Shown here: in pieces, positions 10,101-18,858 of the stretch
Layout: the number at the start of each line of letters is the position of its first letter
Numbering within the stretch: the first letter of the stretch is position 1
Source of the DNA: Candidatus Coproplasma sp.
GTDB lineage: Bacteria > Bacillota > Clostridia > Christensenellales > Borkfalkiaceae
Direction: 5' to 3'
Assembly (NCBI GenBank): GCA_051892535.1
Contig: JBJFGI010000041.1
Location: 20,585-84,584, forward strand
DNA length: 64,000 nucleotides
Made by a program: the position numbers and the translations under genes
Notes under the pieces: generated by a model
Told to the model about the DNA's origin: nothing
Seen by the model: only the letters and a program-made list of their open reading frames with translations
Database searches by the model: none

Positions 10101-10529
10101 AAGGGAGGAATAGTCGTACTCGCACCCCTTTTTAATTGCTATGGCGGGGAGTTTATCGGGCACAAGCTGAAGTGCCGCCTCCACGTCGCAGACGGTAATT
10201 TCGGCACCGCCTAATACTCCGCATAACCCCTCTATCCTCTTAAACAAGGCATCCTTGGACACGGCGGATTTGTAGAGTAATACGTCGTCCTTAGGGGTAA
10301 GGTGGGCACACCTTTTGCCCGATAAAGTAGATATGCCTGCATAGGCTTGCGCCGCCTCGACGGGGGTTGCACATACGTATAAAACAGGTTTTTCGCACAC
10401 CGAGGCGATTAGATATTTTAAACTGTCCGCAACGCCGAAAACCGCCGTCGGCACGCCGAGGCGGATATCTTCTTTTATGGAGGGGAATTCCCCTTGTAAA
10501 AATTCAGGGTTGAAAAAACCTCTTTTCAT
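7107..10529 (-). CDS. mfd: Transcription-repair coupling factor
   Basis: 1140 aa with superfamily 2 helicase motifs (GDVGYGKTEVALRAA, DEEQRFGV), a CarD-like segment (DFAVHEKHGVGK) and a pth-mfd arrangement. Confidence 0.95.
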   Translation of the reverse strand: MKRGFFNPEFLQGEFPSIKEDIRLGVPTAVFGVADSLKYLIASVCEKPVLYVCATPVEAAQAYAGISTLSGKRCAHLTPKDDVLLYKSAVSKDALFKRIEGLCGVLGGAEITVCDVEAALQLVPDKLPAIAIKKGCEYDYSSLPALLVKMGYTREYTVESKGAFAVRGDILDIFPVGAENPVRVDFFGDEAERIRPYDMASGERLPDIDGVVIMPAIDCYIDEGEGEKLIADLNRELKACKSDAQYKRLSSLCSTLAEKLAAATPFAGQDFLYPKLNCARTLFDILPPETVVIFDECKPVSDRLRVLEKEHAERFKELYSGGEVCSFSQNQFLTEEQFIGGANRYLNMALQTFTTQIPFFKPLKTYNLKHVPSPSYLNNVPLLAEDVKHWLSGGYRVLIFADGVNHYERLCEVLHEAYIGVNAVPDRLDALLDVCVSSEALSKGFILHDAKLAIVGSGNVFTKTTQKRIKKRRGDMFSAPEVGDFAVHEKHGVGKITGTKKIETTDGIKEYIAIAYRGGDVLYVPVEQMDTLSKYVGEDNPTLSKIGGAEFERVKERVRQSVRKLAFDLKLLYAERGERKGFAFPENAVMMEEFENAFEYEETPDQLTCIEEIKGDMCSDKVMDRLLCGDVGYGKTEVALRAAYLCILGGKQAALMCPSTILSEQHFNTAVKRFEDFGVCVEKLNRFKTPKQQEETLRRLEKGEVDLIIGTHRLLSSDVKFKDLGLLILDEEQRFGVEHKEKIKHIKNNIDCLTMTATPIPRTLHMSLSGIRDISTINTPPGRRLPVQTYVVEESETLIRDAVLREITRGGQVFILYNRVESISEFAGKIARIIPEAKVVYAHGRMDKNLLEGNVFSFYRGEKNVLVTTTIIENGIDLPNANTIIVIDADRLGISQLYQLRGRVGRGSRLASAYFTFKPEKVMTSDAAERLKAIMQFTELGSGFKIAMRDLEIRGAGNVLGAEQHGHMDKVGYELYSKILKEEVSGEKQFVAELDIKAGAYIPEGYIESSAGRMDCYKQIAEIRSVDDYKRVLRSMEDNYGQVPDEVLNLLIIAVLKSYAAKFNVKKITVDPQGGCLELPSINSLHDNRLASAIDYYKRDITLSMAKAPQVVFKPQSTQTKTMLGMTKFLKFALSFNQNT

Positions 10530-10589
10530 CTAAATATTTACCGAAAAAAGCTTTCGGTTGAGTCAGGCGAGTCGATTTGTTTTAAGCGG

Positions 10590-11153
10590 TCAGCCGTTAA
10601 ACGAGGTCATAACCTGCTCTATAGGCGTGCCCTTAGCAAAGGCTATCGCCGCCTGCGCCGCCCTGTTGCACGAGCCGATAAATAAATCGTAGTCCTCCGC
10701 CCTGACGTTGGATAAGACGTAGTTGATTATGGGAACGTTGACCTCTTCGTCACGAATGCCTATGCGTATACGGGCAAACTTCTGGGTGCCTATCTCTGCA
10801 ATTATCGAACGCATACCGTTGTGAGTGCCTGCACTCCCCTCTGGGCGAATGCGGATTTTACCCTTGGGAATGTCGTAGTCGTCGTACATTACGATTAAAT
10901 CCTCTGCGCTTGCCTTGTACTTGGCGAGAAGCTGTTTAACCGCTCTGCCCGAATTGTTCATATAGGTGAGCGGCTGGGCTAAAATGACCTTTTCACCGTT
11001 AATATACGCTTCGGCGGTCTGCGCCTCGCACTCCTTCTTTTTGAACTTTACACCCAGGATATTTGCGGCGTCGCCGACGGCAAGCCAGCCCATATTGTGG
11101 AAGGTCTTTAAGTACTGCTGTTCGGGATTGCCCAAACCTACTATAATATACAT
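10590..11153 (-). CDS. pth: Peptidyl-tRNA hydrolase
   Basis: MYIIVGLGNPEQQYLKTFHNMGW and GTHNGMRS motifs, 187 aa. Confidence 0.95.
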   Translation of the reverse strand: MYIIVGLGNPEQQYLKTFHNMGWLAVGDAANILGVKFKKKECEAQTAEAYINGEKVILAQPLTYMNNSGRAVKQLLAKYKASAEDLIVMYDDYDIPKGKIRIRPEGSAGTHNGMRSIIAEIGTQKFARIRIGIRDEEVNVPIINYVLSNVRAEDYDLFIGSCNRAAQAAIAFAKGTPIEQVMTSFNG

Positions 11154-11226
11154 CGTCTGTCCTTAATCTTTTATTAAAAAGTAAGCCACGGTCAGCCCGT
11201 GGCTTGTATATGTATCGTTTGAATAA

Positions 11227-12174
11227 TCAGTCGTAAATCTTGGACATGGGTTTGTCAAGATATACGTTTTCGATTGCGCTCGCAAATATGTTTGCGGTGG
11301 AGATGATCTTGAAGATGGGGAGCATCTTTTCTTCAGGGATATTGATGGTATCCAAGATTGCAAGCTCGGTTATGGGAGAAGCTGCAAGTCTGTCGATTGC
11401 AGGACCGGAGAGAACGCCGTGTGAACAGCAAGCATAGATCTCCTTTGCGCCTGCTTCCTTTAAAGCCTTAGCGCCCTGAACGATTGTACCTGCGGTGTCA
11501 ATCATATCGTCGACCATAAGGCAGTTCTTGCCCTCCACGTCGCCGATGATGTTCATAACCTCCATCATGTTTGCCTTGGGACGACGTTTGTCGATAATAG
11601 CCATCTTTGCGTCCATCTTTGCAGCGACCTTTCTCGCCCTTGCTACCGAGCCGATGTCGGGGGAAACGACTACGAAGTTGTCGTCTACCTTGGGTTTGAA
11701 GTAGTTGTACAAGGTGGGACCGCCGACGAGGTTATCCAAGGGGATATCGAAGAAGCCCTGAATCTGCAGACAGTGCAAATCCATAGTTAAGATTCTGTCT
11801 GCGCCTGCACTCGTCAAAAGGTTTGCAACAAGCTTTGCGGTGATGGGTTCTCTTGAACGTGCCTTTCTGTCCTGACGGGCATAGCCGAAGTAGGGGATAA
11901 CCGCAGTTATTCTGCCTGCGCTTGCACGCTTTGCGGCGTCAATCATAATGAGCAGTTCCATCAGGTTTACGTTGACGGGATAGCTCGTAGACTGGATTAA
12001 GAATACGTCCTTGCCACGAACCGTTTCGTCATAACGAACGTAGATTTCGCCGTCGGAAAAGTGGGTTACTTCCATCTCGCCGAGGGTTGTGTTGAGCTGT
12101 GCGGCTATTTTTTCTGCCAAAGGTCTGTTGGAGTTGCCAGAAAAAATCTTAATTTCGTTGCCGTGGTTAATCAT
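11227..12174 (-). CDS. prs: Ribose-phosphate pyrophosphokinase
   Basis: The PRPP-binding loop [10 protein letters not shown] and [10 protein letters not shown], 315 aa. Confidence 0.95.
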   Translation of the reverse strand: MINHGNEIKIFSGNSNRPLAEKIAAQLNTTLGEMEVTHFSDGEIYVRYDETVRGKDVFLIQSTSYPVNVNLMELLIMIDAAKRASAGRITAVIPYFGYARQDRKARSREPITAKLVANLLTSAGADRILTMDLHCLQIQGFFDIPLDNLVGGPTLYNYFKPKVDDNFVVVSPDIGSVARARKVAAKMDAKMAIIDKRRPKANMMEVMNIIGDVEGKNCLMVDDMIDTAGTIVQGAKALKEAGAKEIYACCSHGVLSGPAIDRLAASPITELAILDTINIPEEKMLPIFKIISTANIFASAIENVYLDKPMSKIYD

Positions 12175-12323
12175 TGGGGTTGCTTCCTCCGATAATAATT
12201 TATTTTCACGGGTTGTCTTCCGTTTAATACTTATTCAGCCTTGATTGCAATAACTTTTACCTGCTCTTTGCAACCGTGGCAAACGCTTAACCTAACTTAA
12301 ACTTATATATTAATTATATATTA

Positions 12324-12352
12324 ATTGTACTTTTTTGTAAACTCAATGTCAA
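12324..12352 (-). promoter_or_regulatory. Sigma-A type promoter upstream of prs (leader of about 140 nt)
   Basis: On the minus strand, TTGACA at 12352-12347, a 17-nt spacer, then TACAAT at 12329-12324. Confidence 0.5.
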
Positions 12353-12431
12353 ACGACTGTCTCACATTAATAATTTTTATTTAAAATGTTAATTTGTAAC
12401 TTTAAAATTGAAAAGTTTCGGGGCGGTGTGA

Positions 12432-12923
12432 TTAATCGTCGTCGCCCTGCGCCTGCTCTTCCTGCGCTACCTTTGCCTTCTCCCGCTTGCGCATGGAGGA
12501 GAAAAAGTCGGATAAAATCTTTCTGCACTCCTCTTCCATCACTCCGCCCTCGACCTCTACAGTGTGGTTTAAAAGGTTGGCACTCGCTATCTGTGCGGTG
12601 AGTGAACGACCTTTATCCTCTCTTGCGCCGAAGTACACCTTTTTAATCCTTGAATTGAGCACCGCACCCATACACATGGGACAGGGCTCTAAAGTTACGT
12701 ACAGCTCGCAATCGGGTATGCGCCAGCTCTTTAATTTTTTGCAGGCTTTTTCTATCGCCTCAATCTCGGCGTGAGCGGTGGCAATCTGTCTGCCCGTCCT
12801 GCGGTTGTGTCCCCTTGCAATGACTTTACCGTCTAAGACGACGACTGCGCCGATGGGTACCTCACCCTCGTCAAACGCCTTTTGCGCACACTTTAACGCT
12901 GCACTCATATACTTGTTTTTCAT
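12432..12923 (-). CDS. tadA: tRNA adenosine(34) deaminase
   Basis: The deaminase zinc motifs HAEIEAI and PCPMCMGA. There is a short charged C-terminal extension. Confidence 0.9.
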   Translation of the reverse strand: MKNKYMSAALKCAQKAFDEGEVPIGAVVVLDGKVIARGHNRRTGRQIATAHAEIEAIEKACKKLKSWRIPDCELYVTLEPCPMCMGAVLNSRIKKVYFGAREDKGRSLTAQIASANLLNHTVEVEGGVMEEECRKILSDFFSSMRKREKAKVAQEEQAQGDDD

Positions 12924-12937
12924 AAGTTTCCTTAAAG

Positions 12938-13693
12938 TTATATTTTTTTTAAACCGCCACGTTCGGCGCTGTAATTATCGAAAAAATAGGTGAGCAGACC
13001 AAAGCACTCGCTGATATCCTTTATTCGGGTGACGGGGTGGGTTAAGCCGTCGCTGCCGCACTCTATCGTGTAGGCGGGAATGGACAACTTCTTTATACAC
13101 CAATCCTTATAGCCGCCTGCGCTGCCCTTTATTACTTTGGGATGATAGCCCGTGTATGCAGAGATGATATTTGCCCCCGATTTATCCCCGAAGCCGCCGT
13201 ACTCCCAGTAGATTTCTCCGCCCTTGGTGTGAAAGCTTAACGTGACGAATGGCGCAACTCGGGTTGTGAAACGAGCTAACGAAGCCGATTCGGGTTCGGA
13301 CAAAGGATAGTCGCCTATACAGTTTTCGGCACCCCTCACCGTGGTATTGAGGACGCCTGTCCCCCAGTCGGCATCGAAATTACAGTTGAGGTCGACCCCA
13401 CGAAAATTTGCCTTCCATAGCGGTTTTTTCGTTTGGGATATCACGGCTCCGTCGGGGTTTAAAAGGGGAATTATCCAGCCGCCGCAAGCCACCTTTTGTC
13501 TGATAAACTTCAAGGCGAGCCGTGAACATATCCACTCCCTTGCGTGGGTCGTACTGACGGCTATGAACTGTCTGCCGTAATTTTTGCCGACGTGAAAGGC
13601 GTATATTTCCCTGCCCTGACAGGAATAACCTATCACACACTTTTTGCTCTTGTAAGAAGCGTATGCCGCAACTACCTCTTCGTAAATGTCCAT
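12938..13693 (-). CDS. M14-family zinc carboxypeptidase-like protein (gamma-D-glutamyl-diamino acid peptidase-like)
   Basis: An HxxE zinc motif (THAREWI) and NPDG, 251 aa. No SD is visible in front of the ATG. Confidence 0.65.
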   Translation of the reverse strand: MDIYEEVVAAYASYKSKKCVIGYSCQGREIYAFHVGKNYGRQFIAVSTTHAREWICSRLALKFIRQKVACGGWIIPLLNPDGAVISQTKKPLWKANFRGVDLNCNFDADWGTGVLNTTVRGAENCIGDYPLSEPESASLARFTTRVAPFVTLSFHTKGGEIYWEYGGFGDKSGANIISAYTGYHPKVIKGSAGGYKDWCIKKLSIPAYTIECGSDGLTHPVTRIKDISECFGLLTYFFDNYSAERGGLKKI

Positions 13694-13730
13694 ACGACAT
13701 TATACGAAAATAATATTAGTTGTATGATTA

Positions 13731-13964
13731 GATAGACGAAACCGCCCCATCGCTGATTGTTTTAAGCAGAAAAAATTTTGATAGACACAAAAGCAGTTTT
13801 TTTTGTATTTTTTCTGCTTAAAACCGCAAAGCGTCTTGAATAGAAGATTTTTGATCCTGCCAAGGCGAGTGGTTGCAGGCGTACACGGACGTACGTCAGG
13901 ACCGCTCAACACAGGCAGGGGCAAAAAGATACATTCAAGAAATTAGTGCTTGGAGTGGTTTTGT
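13731..13964. repeat. Copy A of a structured repeat family of about 230 nt (130-nt core at 13821-13950)
   Basis: It aligns along its whole length with 40099-40331. The core is 122/130 identical and folds into a long hairpin spanning 13834-13940. It fills the whole rlmH to M14-peptidase intergenic region, starting right after the rlmH TAG. Confidence 0.85.
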
Positions 13965-14402
13965 CTATTTATGATATTCGCTGCCGCCGTTAATCATAAA
14001 GGCTCTGTATATTTGCTCTAAGAGAATTACCCTCATCAATTGGTGGGGGAAGGTCATATCCGAAAAGGACAGTTTTAAATTTGCCTGAGCCTTTACGCTG
14101 TCGTCCAGACCGCAGGACGAGCCTATTATAAAGGTTATTTCCTTGCCGCTGTCGCACAGCGACTTAACCGTCGATGCGAGCCGTTCGCTCGAGTACTTTT
14201 CACCCTCTACGCACAGAGCTATTTTATAACCCGTACACGCCTTTAAAACGATGGGAGCCTCCTCCTTTAAACTTTTCCCCTCTGCAAGCTCTTTAATCTC
14301 CAGCTTACAAAAACGGGAGAGACGTTTGGAGTACTCGGCAATAGCCTCCCTTAAATAACCCTCTTTAATTTTACCTATACAGACGATATTGACCTTAATC
14401 AT
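13965..14402 (-). CDS. rlmH: 23S rRNA (pseudouridine1915-N3)-methyltransferase
   Basis: N-terminal IVCIGKIKEGYLREAIAEYSKRL and C-terminal PHQLMRVILLEQIYRAF are typical of RlmH. Confidence 0.9.
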   Translation of the reverse strand: MIKVNIVCIGKIKEGYLREAIAEYSKRLSRFCKLEIKELAEGKSLKEEAPIVLKACTGYKIALCVEGEKYSSERLASTVKSLCDSGKEITFIIGSSCGLDDSVKAQANLKLSFSDMTFPHQLMRVILLEQIYRAFMINGGSEYHK

Positions 14403-15319
14403 ACGAATAAATTTAATATCCAGGTGAGGGCGGTTACCGCAATACCTATCAAGCCAAAGAGGAAAAAGCCCTTTAAATTACCCTTCTCTCCCTTAACCAA
14501 ACCGAATTTAATATGCCTGTCGAGTATAAGCCATACTATTGCACCCACAAGGCAGACGGCGGACGTCACAGTTATCGCTATGTTGCCCCCTTGGGAGATT
14601 ATCAAGTCCCCGTTTGCGTCAAGCGCACCGACCGAATAGAGCACTAAAATCAAGGCATTGTTGATAAAGTGAATGAGTACGACGGGGGTTATCGACCTTG
14701 AACGAATGGCGAGCAGGGCGAACAGACAACCGCAAATAAACTGGTAGACAGTCTGCTCCACCGAGCCGTGATAGAGACTGAATAAAAAGCCCACTAAAAA
14801 TACCGTTCTGACCGAGCCTAACTCACCCTCGATATTGTTGAGGATAATACCCCTGAAAAGCCATTCCTCAAACACGGCGGGCAGGACGGCGATAACTAAA
14901 ATTGCAGGGACTAAATTCCAACCCGAAAGATTGGGCAGAGTGCTTTCACTGCGGGTATAACCCATAAGCTCGAAGAGCTTTATCAAATAGCCGTTCAGCG
15001 AATTTAAGGAGAACAGCAAGCCGTAGATGAGTAAAAGTCCTATGAGGATATACTTGGGATTACACTTTATCGGAGTGAGTTTGCGCAGGGGTTGATTAAA
15101 CAGAAATTTCATCAACAGTACGGTGATTATAAGCGCAATCGGCGAGGTTAAATAACCGATATACTTTGCGGCGTCAGTGCCGCCGAGTCCGCTTGCACCT
15201 ATGATAACCGAGGCAATCAAACCGACAAATATGTTTATTACGACCGCTATGGTAAAAGCAAGTCCGCCCCCTCTTGCTGAAAGGGGAAGCTGTTTATTGT
15301 TATAACTTTTAATTTCCAT
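14399..15319 (-). CDS. CPBP-family intramembrane glutamic endopeptidase (CAAX protease-like)
   Basis: EEWLFRG and HFINN motifs in a polytopic membrane protein. Confidence 0.8.
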   Translation of the reverse strand: MEIKSYNNKQLPLSARGGGLAFTIAVVINIFVGLIASVIIGASGLGGTDAAKYIGYLTSPIALIITVLLMKFLFNQPLRKLTPIKCNPKYILIGLLLIYGLLFSLNSLNGYLIKLFELMGYTRSESTLPNLSGWNLVPAILVIAVLPAVFEEWLFRGIILNNIEGELGSVRTVFLVGFLFSLYHGSVEQTVYQFICGCLFALLAIRSRSITPVVLIHFINNALILVLYSVGALDANGDLIISQGGNIAITVTSAVCLVGAIVWLILDRHIKFGLVKGEKGNLKGFFLFGLIGIAVTALTWILNLFV

Positions 15320-15401
15320 CGCTATAATTATACATTAACGGGGCGTTTAAAGTAAACGAAAAGAGTTTACTTTTAATAAAAAATATATTAAAATTTATGT
15401 T

Positions 15402-16241
15402 ATGAGAACGTTAGATACTAAACAGATTGCAGACGTCGTTTATTCGCTTGCGCTTAAAGCGGGTGTCAATTTAACCCCGTCTTGCAAAAGTGCATTGAAT
15501 AATGCCTACGAAATCGAGGACGAGGGCGCCGCAAAGTTTGCGTTAAAAACCCTGATAGACAACCATATCACCGCATCGGAGAACGGGCTGCCCGTGTGCC
15601 AGGATACGGGTATGGCGGTCGTTATTCTTGAAATAGGTCAGGAGATATTCCTGACGGGTGAACTATTGGAGGACGCCGTAAACGGCGCCGTAAGGCGTGC
15701 GTACGAGGACGGTTATTTCCGTAAATCGGTCTGCGACCCCATCACGAGAAATAACACGGGGGATAATACCCCTGCGGCGATACATACCCATATATGTGCC
15801 GGCGACAAGGTTAATATAACCTTCCTGCCCAAGGGGTTCGGCAGCGAAAATATGAGTGCAATGTATATGCTTAAACCCTCCCAGGGCGTTAACGGCATAA
15901 TCGACGCCATAGTTGAAACGGTTAAAAAAGCAGGTTCACGCCCCTGTCCCCCCGTCTATATCGGCGTGGGCATCGGCGGTAGCTTCGATACCTGTGCATA
16001 CCTCGCTAAAAAGGCGTTGACAAGGGACGTCGGCACTCATAACCAAAGGGAGGATATCGCCGAGATCGAAAAGGTTGCTCTTGAAAGGGTAAACGCTCTG
16101 GGTATAGGCTGTCAGGGCTTCCACGGCAAGACGACGGCGCTGGGGGTCAGCTGCGAATGGGCTTACACCCACATTGCAGGTCTGCCCGTTGCCGTTAACA
16201 TTCAATGCCATTGTATTCGTTGCGAGAAGGCTCAATTATGA
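15402..16241 (+). CDS. Fe-S hydro-lyase alpha subunit (class I fumarate hydratase / tartrate dehydratase family)
   Basis: PVCQDTGMAVV and GIGGSFD motifs. It is coupled through an ATGA overlap to the beta subunit gene. Confidence 0.85.
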   Translation: MRTLDTKQIADVVYSLALKAGVNLTPSCKSALNNAYEIEDEGAAKFALKTLIDNHITASENGLPVCQDTGMAVVILEIGQEIFLTGELLEDAVNGAVRRAYEDGYFRKSVCDPITRNNTGDNTPAAIHTHICAGDKVNITFLPKGFGSENMSAMYMLKPSQGVNGIIDAIVETVKKAGSRPCPPVYIGVGIGGSFDTCAYLAKKALTRDVGTHNQREDIAEIEKVALERVNALGIGCQGFHGKTTALGVSCEWAYTHIAGLPVAVNIQCHCIRCEKAQL

Positions 16242-16756
16242 AAAAACTTACCTTACCTTTGACTAAAGAACAGATCAGCACTCTACACGCCGGCGACAGC
16301 GTTACCATTTCCGGCTACATATATACGGCGAGAGATTGTGCGCATAAGCGCCTGTGCGAGATGATTGCAAGGGGCGAGAAGCTGCCCTTTGATATTAAGG
16401 ACGCAATAATCTACTACGCAGGTCCCTGCCCTGCAAAACCCGGCTACGCAAGCGGCAGCTGCGGCCCCACCACCTCCGCACGAATGGACGCCTACGCCCC
16501 CACCCTTTTAGATATCGGGCTGGGCGGAATGATAGGCAAGGGCGAGATGAGCGAAGAAGTTACAGCCGCCCTTGAACGCAACGGCTGCGTATACTTTGCG
16601 GCTATCGGCGGTGCGGGTGCTCTGTACTCCAAATCAATTCTTTCAAGCGAACTTATCGCCTTCCCCGAGCTGCTCTCCGAGGCAATAAGAAAGCTGGAGG
16701 TTAAAGATTTTCCCGCAGTCGTTGCAACCGACTGCCATGGAAAAACCATTTATTAA
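16238..16756 (+). CDS. Fe-S hydro-lyase beta subunit (class I fumarate hydratase / tartrate dehydratase family)
   Basis: GYIYTARDCAHKRL, GPTTSARMD and GKG motifs. The start is set at the ATG at 16238, which overlaps the alpha stop codon. Confidence 0.85.
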   Translation: MKKLTLPLTKEQISTLHAGDSVTISGYIYTARDCAHKRLCEMIARGEKLPFDIKDAIIYYAGPCPAKPGYASGSCGPTTSARMDAYAPTLLDIGLGGMIGKGEMSEEVTAALERNGCVYFAAIGGAGALYSKSILSSELIAFPELLSEAIRKLEVKDFPAVVATDCHGKTIY

Positions 16757-16917
16757 GATAATAAACACCCTTAATATGCCATTATTTGTCATATTTAAAG
16801 GTTAATTTTTACAAAATTTCAAAATTTTTTTAAATTTTTTTGTGTTTTTTATGGCAATTAACAATTACCTATGCTATAATGAAAACACAAAACAGTTAAA
16901 CTATAAGGAGAAGAGAA

Positions 16918-17493
16918 ATGCAAATTGTTGACTGGATTGCGCTCGGTATTATATTACTCGTAGCATTAATTGGTATCATGCTCGGATTCGGCAAGTGCCT
17001 TAAGATTTTCACGGGCGGAGTTGTTGGTATTATTATTTCCGTTGTGGTTACCTACTTCCTTATCGGTATAGTCGGAAGTTGGGGATTCGTAAACAACTTG
17101 CTCACCAGCTTTAAAACTTTACTGGCTGAAAGCGGAAACGGCATCCTTATATTCTTAAACAATATCGGCATTGAAACGATAGTACTTGCAATAGTTCTGT
17201 TTATTATCGTACAACTTTTAAGAATACTTATCGTCAATATTATTCAGGGTATAGCTGAAGCCGATAACGTAGTTATGAAAATAATCAATAAGGGTCTGGG
17301 TATGATTTTTGCACTTGCGTTCTTCATTATGATTGCCCTTATCGTATTCCAGATTATTTACCTTATCGGCGGTGATACCGCAGATAACTTCAGAGAATAT
17401 CTTACGGGTGCGTTTAAGCTTAACTACGTATTCGATAATAACCCTCTTCACGTAATCGCTGATATGTGGCTTGGCACCCCCGCTGCTGCATAA
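16918..17493 (+). CDS. CvpA-like integral membrane protein
   Basis: AAGGAGAAG SD and four or five TM helices. The N-terminus IVDWIALGIILLVALIGIMLGF resembles the CvpA family. Confidence 0.45.
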   Translation: MQIVDWIALGIILLVALIGIMLGFGKCLKIFTGGVVGIIISVVVTYFLIGIVGSWGFVNNLLTSFKTLLAESGNGILIFLNNIGIETIVLAIVLFIIVQLLRILIVNIIQGIAEADNVVMKIINKGLGMIFALAFFIMIALIVFQIIYLIGGDTADNFREYLTGAFKLNYVFDNNPLHVIADMWLGTPAAA

Positions 17494-17586
17494 TCGCTTA
17501 TTTGCAGCTTGGCAAGTAATTACTTATAATTGAATAAAATTTTATGCGACAGGCAATTTTAAAGGGTCTGTCGCATATATTTTTAT

Positions 17587-17955
17587 ATGGAATTTTTATT
17601 CAGCAAGCTTAAAAAGATGGACGTCGTCTCCATTACCGACGGCAAAAACCTGGGCAAGTTTTGCGACGTCACCTTTACCCTGCCCGAAGGCAAAATTAAA
17701 GGCTTTACCGCAACGGGGTGTAAGGGCATTAAGTTGACAAAGACCGAAATCTTTATCCCCCTTTCGGATATCGTTAAGGTTGGCGAAGACGCCGTTCTGG
17801 TTAAAACGGGTGAAAAGCCCAAAAAGGGCAAGGGCGACAAGCACGACTGCCCTCCGCCCGACCCGTGCAGACGGTGCCCTCCCCCTGACCCGTGCGATCC
17901 CTGCACCCCCTGTAACCCGTGCGACAGCCGCAGGAGCTTTGACGACTACGAGTAA
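17587..17955 (+). CDS. YlmC/YmxH-family (PRC-barrel) sporulation protein with a Cys/Pro-rich C-terminal tail
   Basis: The first 80 aa or so (KKMDVVSITDGKNLGKFCDVTF...GKIKGF) fit the YlmC/YmxH PRC barrel. The tail reads CPPPDPCRRCPPPDPCDPCTPCNPC. Confidence 0.7.
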   Translation: MEFLFSKLKKMDVVSITDGKNLGKFCDVTFTLPEGKIKGFTATGCKGIKLTKTEIFIPLSDIVKVGEDAVLVKTGEKPKKGKGDKHDCPPPDPCRRCPPPDPCDPCTPCNPCDSRRSFDDYE

Positions 17956-17960
17956 TTTTT

Positions 17961-17995
17961 TAAGGCGTAGCGGAGAATTTCTCCGCTACGCCTTA
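17961..17995. terminator. Bidirectional hairpin between the convergent ylmC-like gene and sigG
   Basis: A perfect 16-bp stem, taaggcgtagcggaga-attt-ctccgctacgcctta. Confidence 0.7.
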
Positions 17996-18053
17996 AGTTG
18001 TATTTGACTGACTATTTAAAGTTTAAAAGATTGAGTTGCCTCGCCGTAACTGC

Positions 18054-18824
18054 CTAACCCATATCCGAGCGAATACGCTTTAAGGCAGATTTTTCCAGAC
18101 GGGAGACCTGGGCTTGCGATATGCCTACCCTCTGGGATATCTCGGTCTGCGTCTTGCCCTCGAAGTAGCGCAAAAAAAGCACGTTTCTCTCCCTTTCGCC
18201 CAGGCGGGACAGCGCCTCGTAGAGTGCCGCCTTCTCCGTCCACGTTTCGTCGTTGTTCTTCGGGTCGGAGAGCTGATCCATGAGTAGGAGGGTGTCGCCC
18301 TGTTTGTCGTACACGGGGTCGTATAATGAGACGGGGTCGGAGATTGCGTCTAAGGCGTAAGCCACCTCGGAGACGGCTACGTTCATCTCTTTGGCAATCT
18401 TATCGTACGTTACGTCCTCGTCGTCAGCCTCCAGCTTCTCCCTTACCTTTAAAATCTTATACGCCGTATCCCTGATTGAACGGGATACCCTTAATGAGTT
18501 TCCGTCACGGATATACCTCTTTATTTCGCCTAATATCATCGGGACGGCGTAGGTGGAGAACTTGACCCCGACGGAGACGTCGAAGTTATCTATCGCCTTG
18601 ATAAGCCCGACGCAACCGACTTGAAACACGTCGTCGGCGTTGGCTCTTTTAGACCAGAAGCGTTTGACTAAGGACAGCACTAAACGCATATTGCCGATAA
18701 TGAATTTTTCCCTCGCCTCATTGTCCCCCGCCTTGAGCTTAAGCATCAGCTCCTCCTGCTCCTTTTGCGTAAGCTTGGGCAATCCTGAAGTCTCTACTCC
18801 GCAAATAACAACTTTATCGTACAT
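18054..18824 (-). CDS. sigG: Sporulation sigma factor G
   Basis: It is collinear with B. subtilis SigG (VVICGVETSGLPKL, FQVGCVGLIKAIDNFD, KFSTYAVPMILGEIKRY) and lies directly after sigE. Confidence 0.9.
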   Translation of the reverse strand: MYDKVVICGVETSGLPKLTQKEQEELMLKLKAGDNEAREKFIIGNMRLVLSLVKRFWSKRANADDVFQVGCVGLIKAIDNFDVSVGVKFSTYAVPMILGEIKRYIRDGNSLRVSRSIRDTAYKILKVREKLEADDEDVTYDKIAKEMNVAVSEVAYALDAISDPVSLYDPVYDKQGDTLLLMDQLSDPKNNDETWTEKAALYEALSRLGERERNVLFLRYFEGKTQTEISQRVGISQAQVSRLEKSALKRIRSDMG

Positions 18825-18858
18825 ACTTTATTACCTCCATATGTACGAATGTAAGATG

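Noticed and set aside
13700-13924. Track ORFs lying inside the repeat copies (13700..13924 -, 40044..40253 -, 40273..40635 -, 40313..40552 +)
   Set aside because: The reading frames are not conserved between copies A and B. The ORFs lack ribosome-binding sites and have odd composition. The DNA is better explained as structured non-coding repeat, and for 40273-40635 as overlap with the real pflB frame.
17583-17906. Antisense ORFs overlapping the ylmC-like gene (17583..17906 -, 17596..17844 -, 17780..18007 +)
   Set aside because: They are generated by the GC-rich Cys/Pro-coding segment. They have no SD and no homology signal, and the plus-strand PRC-barrel frame is clearly the real one.
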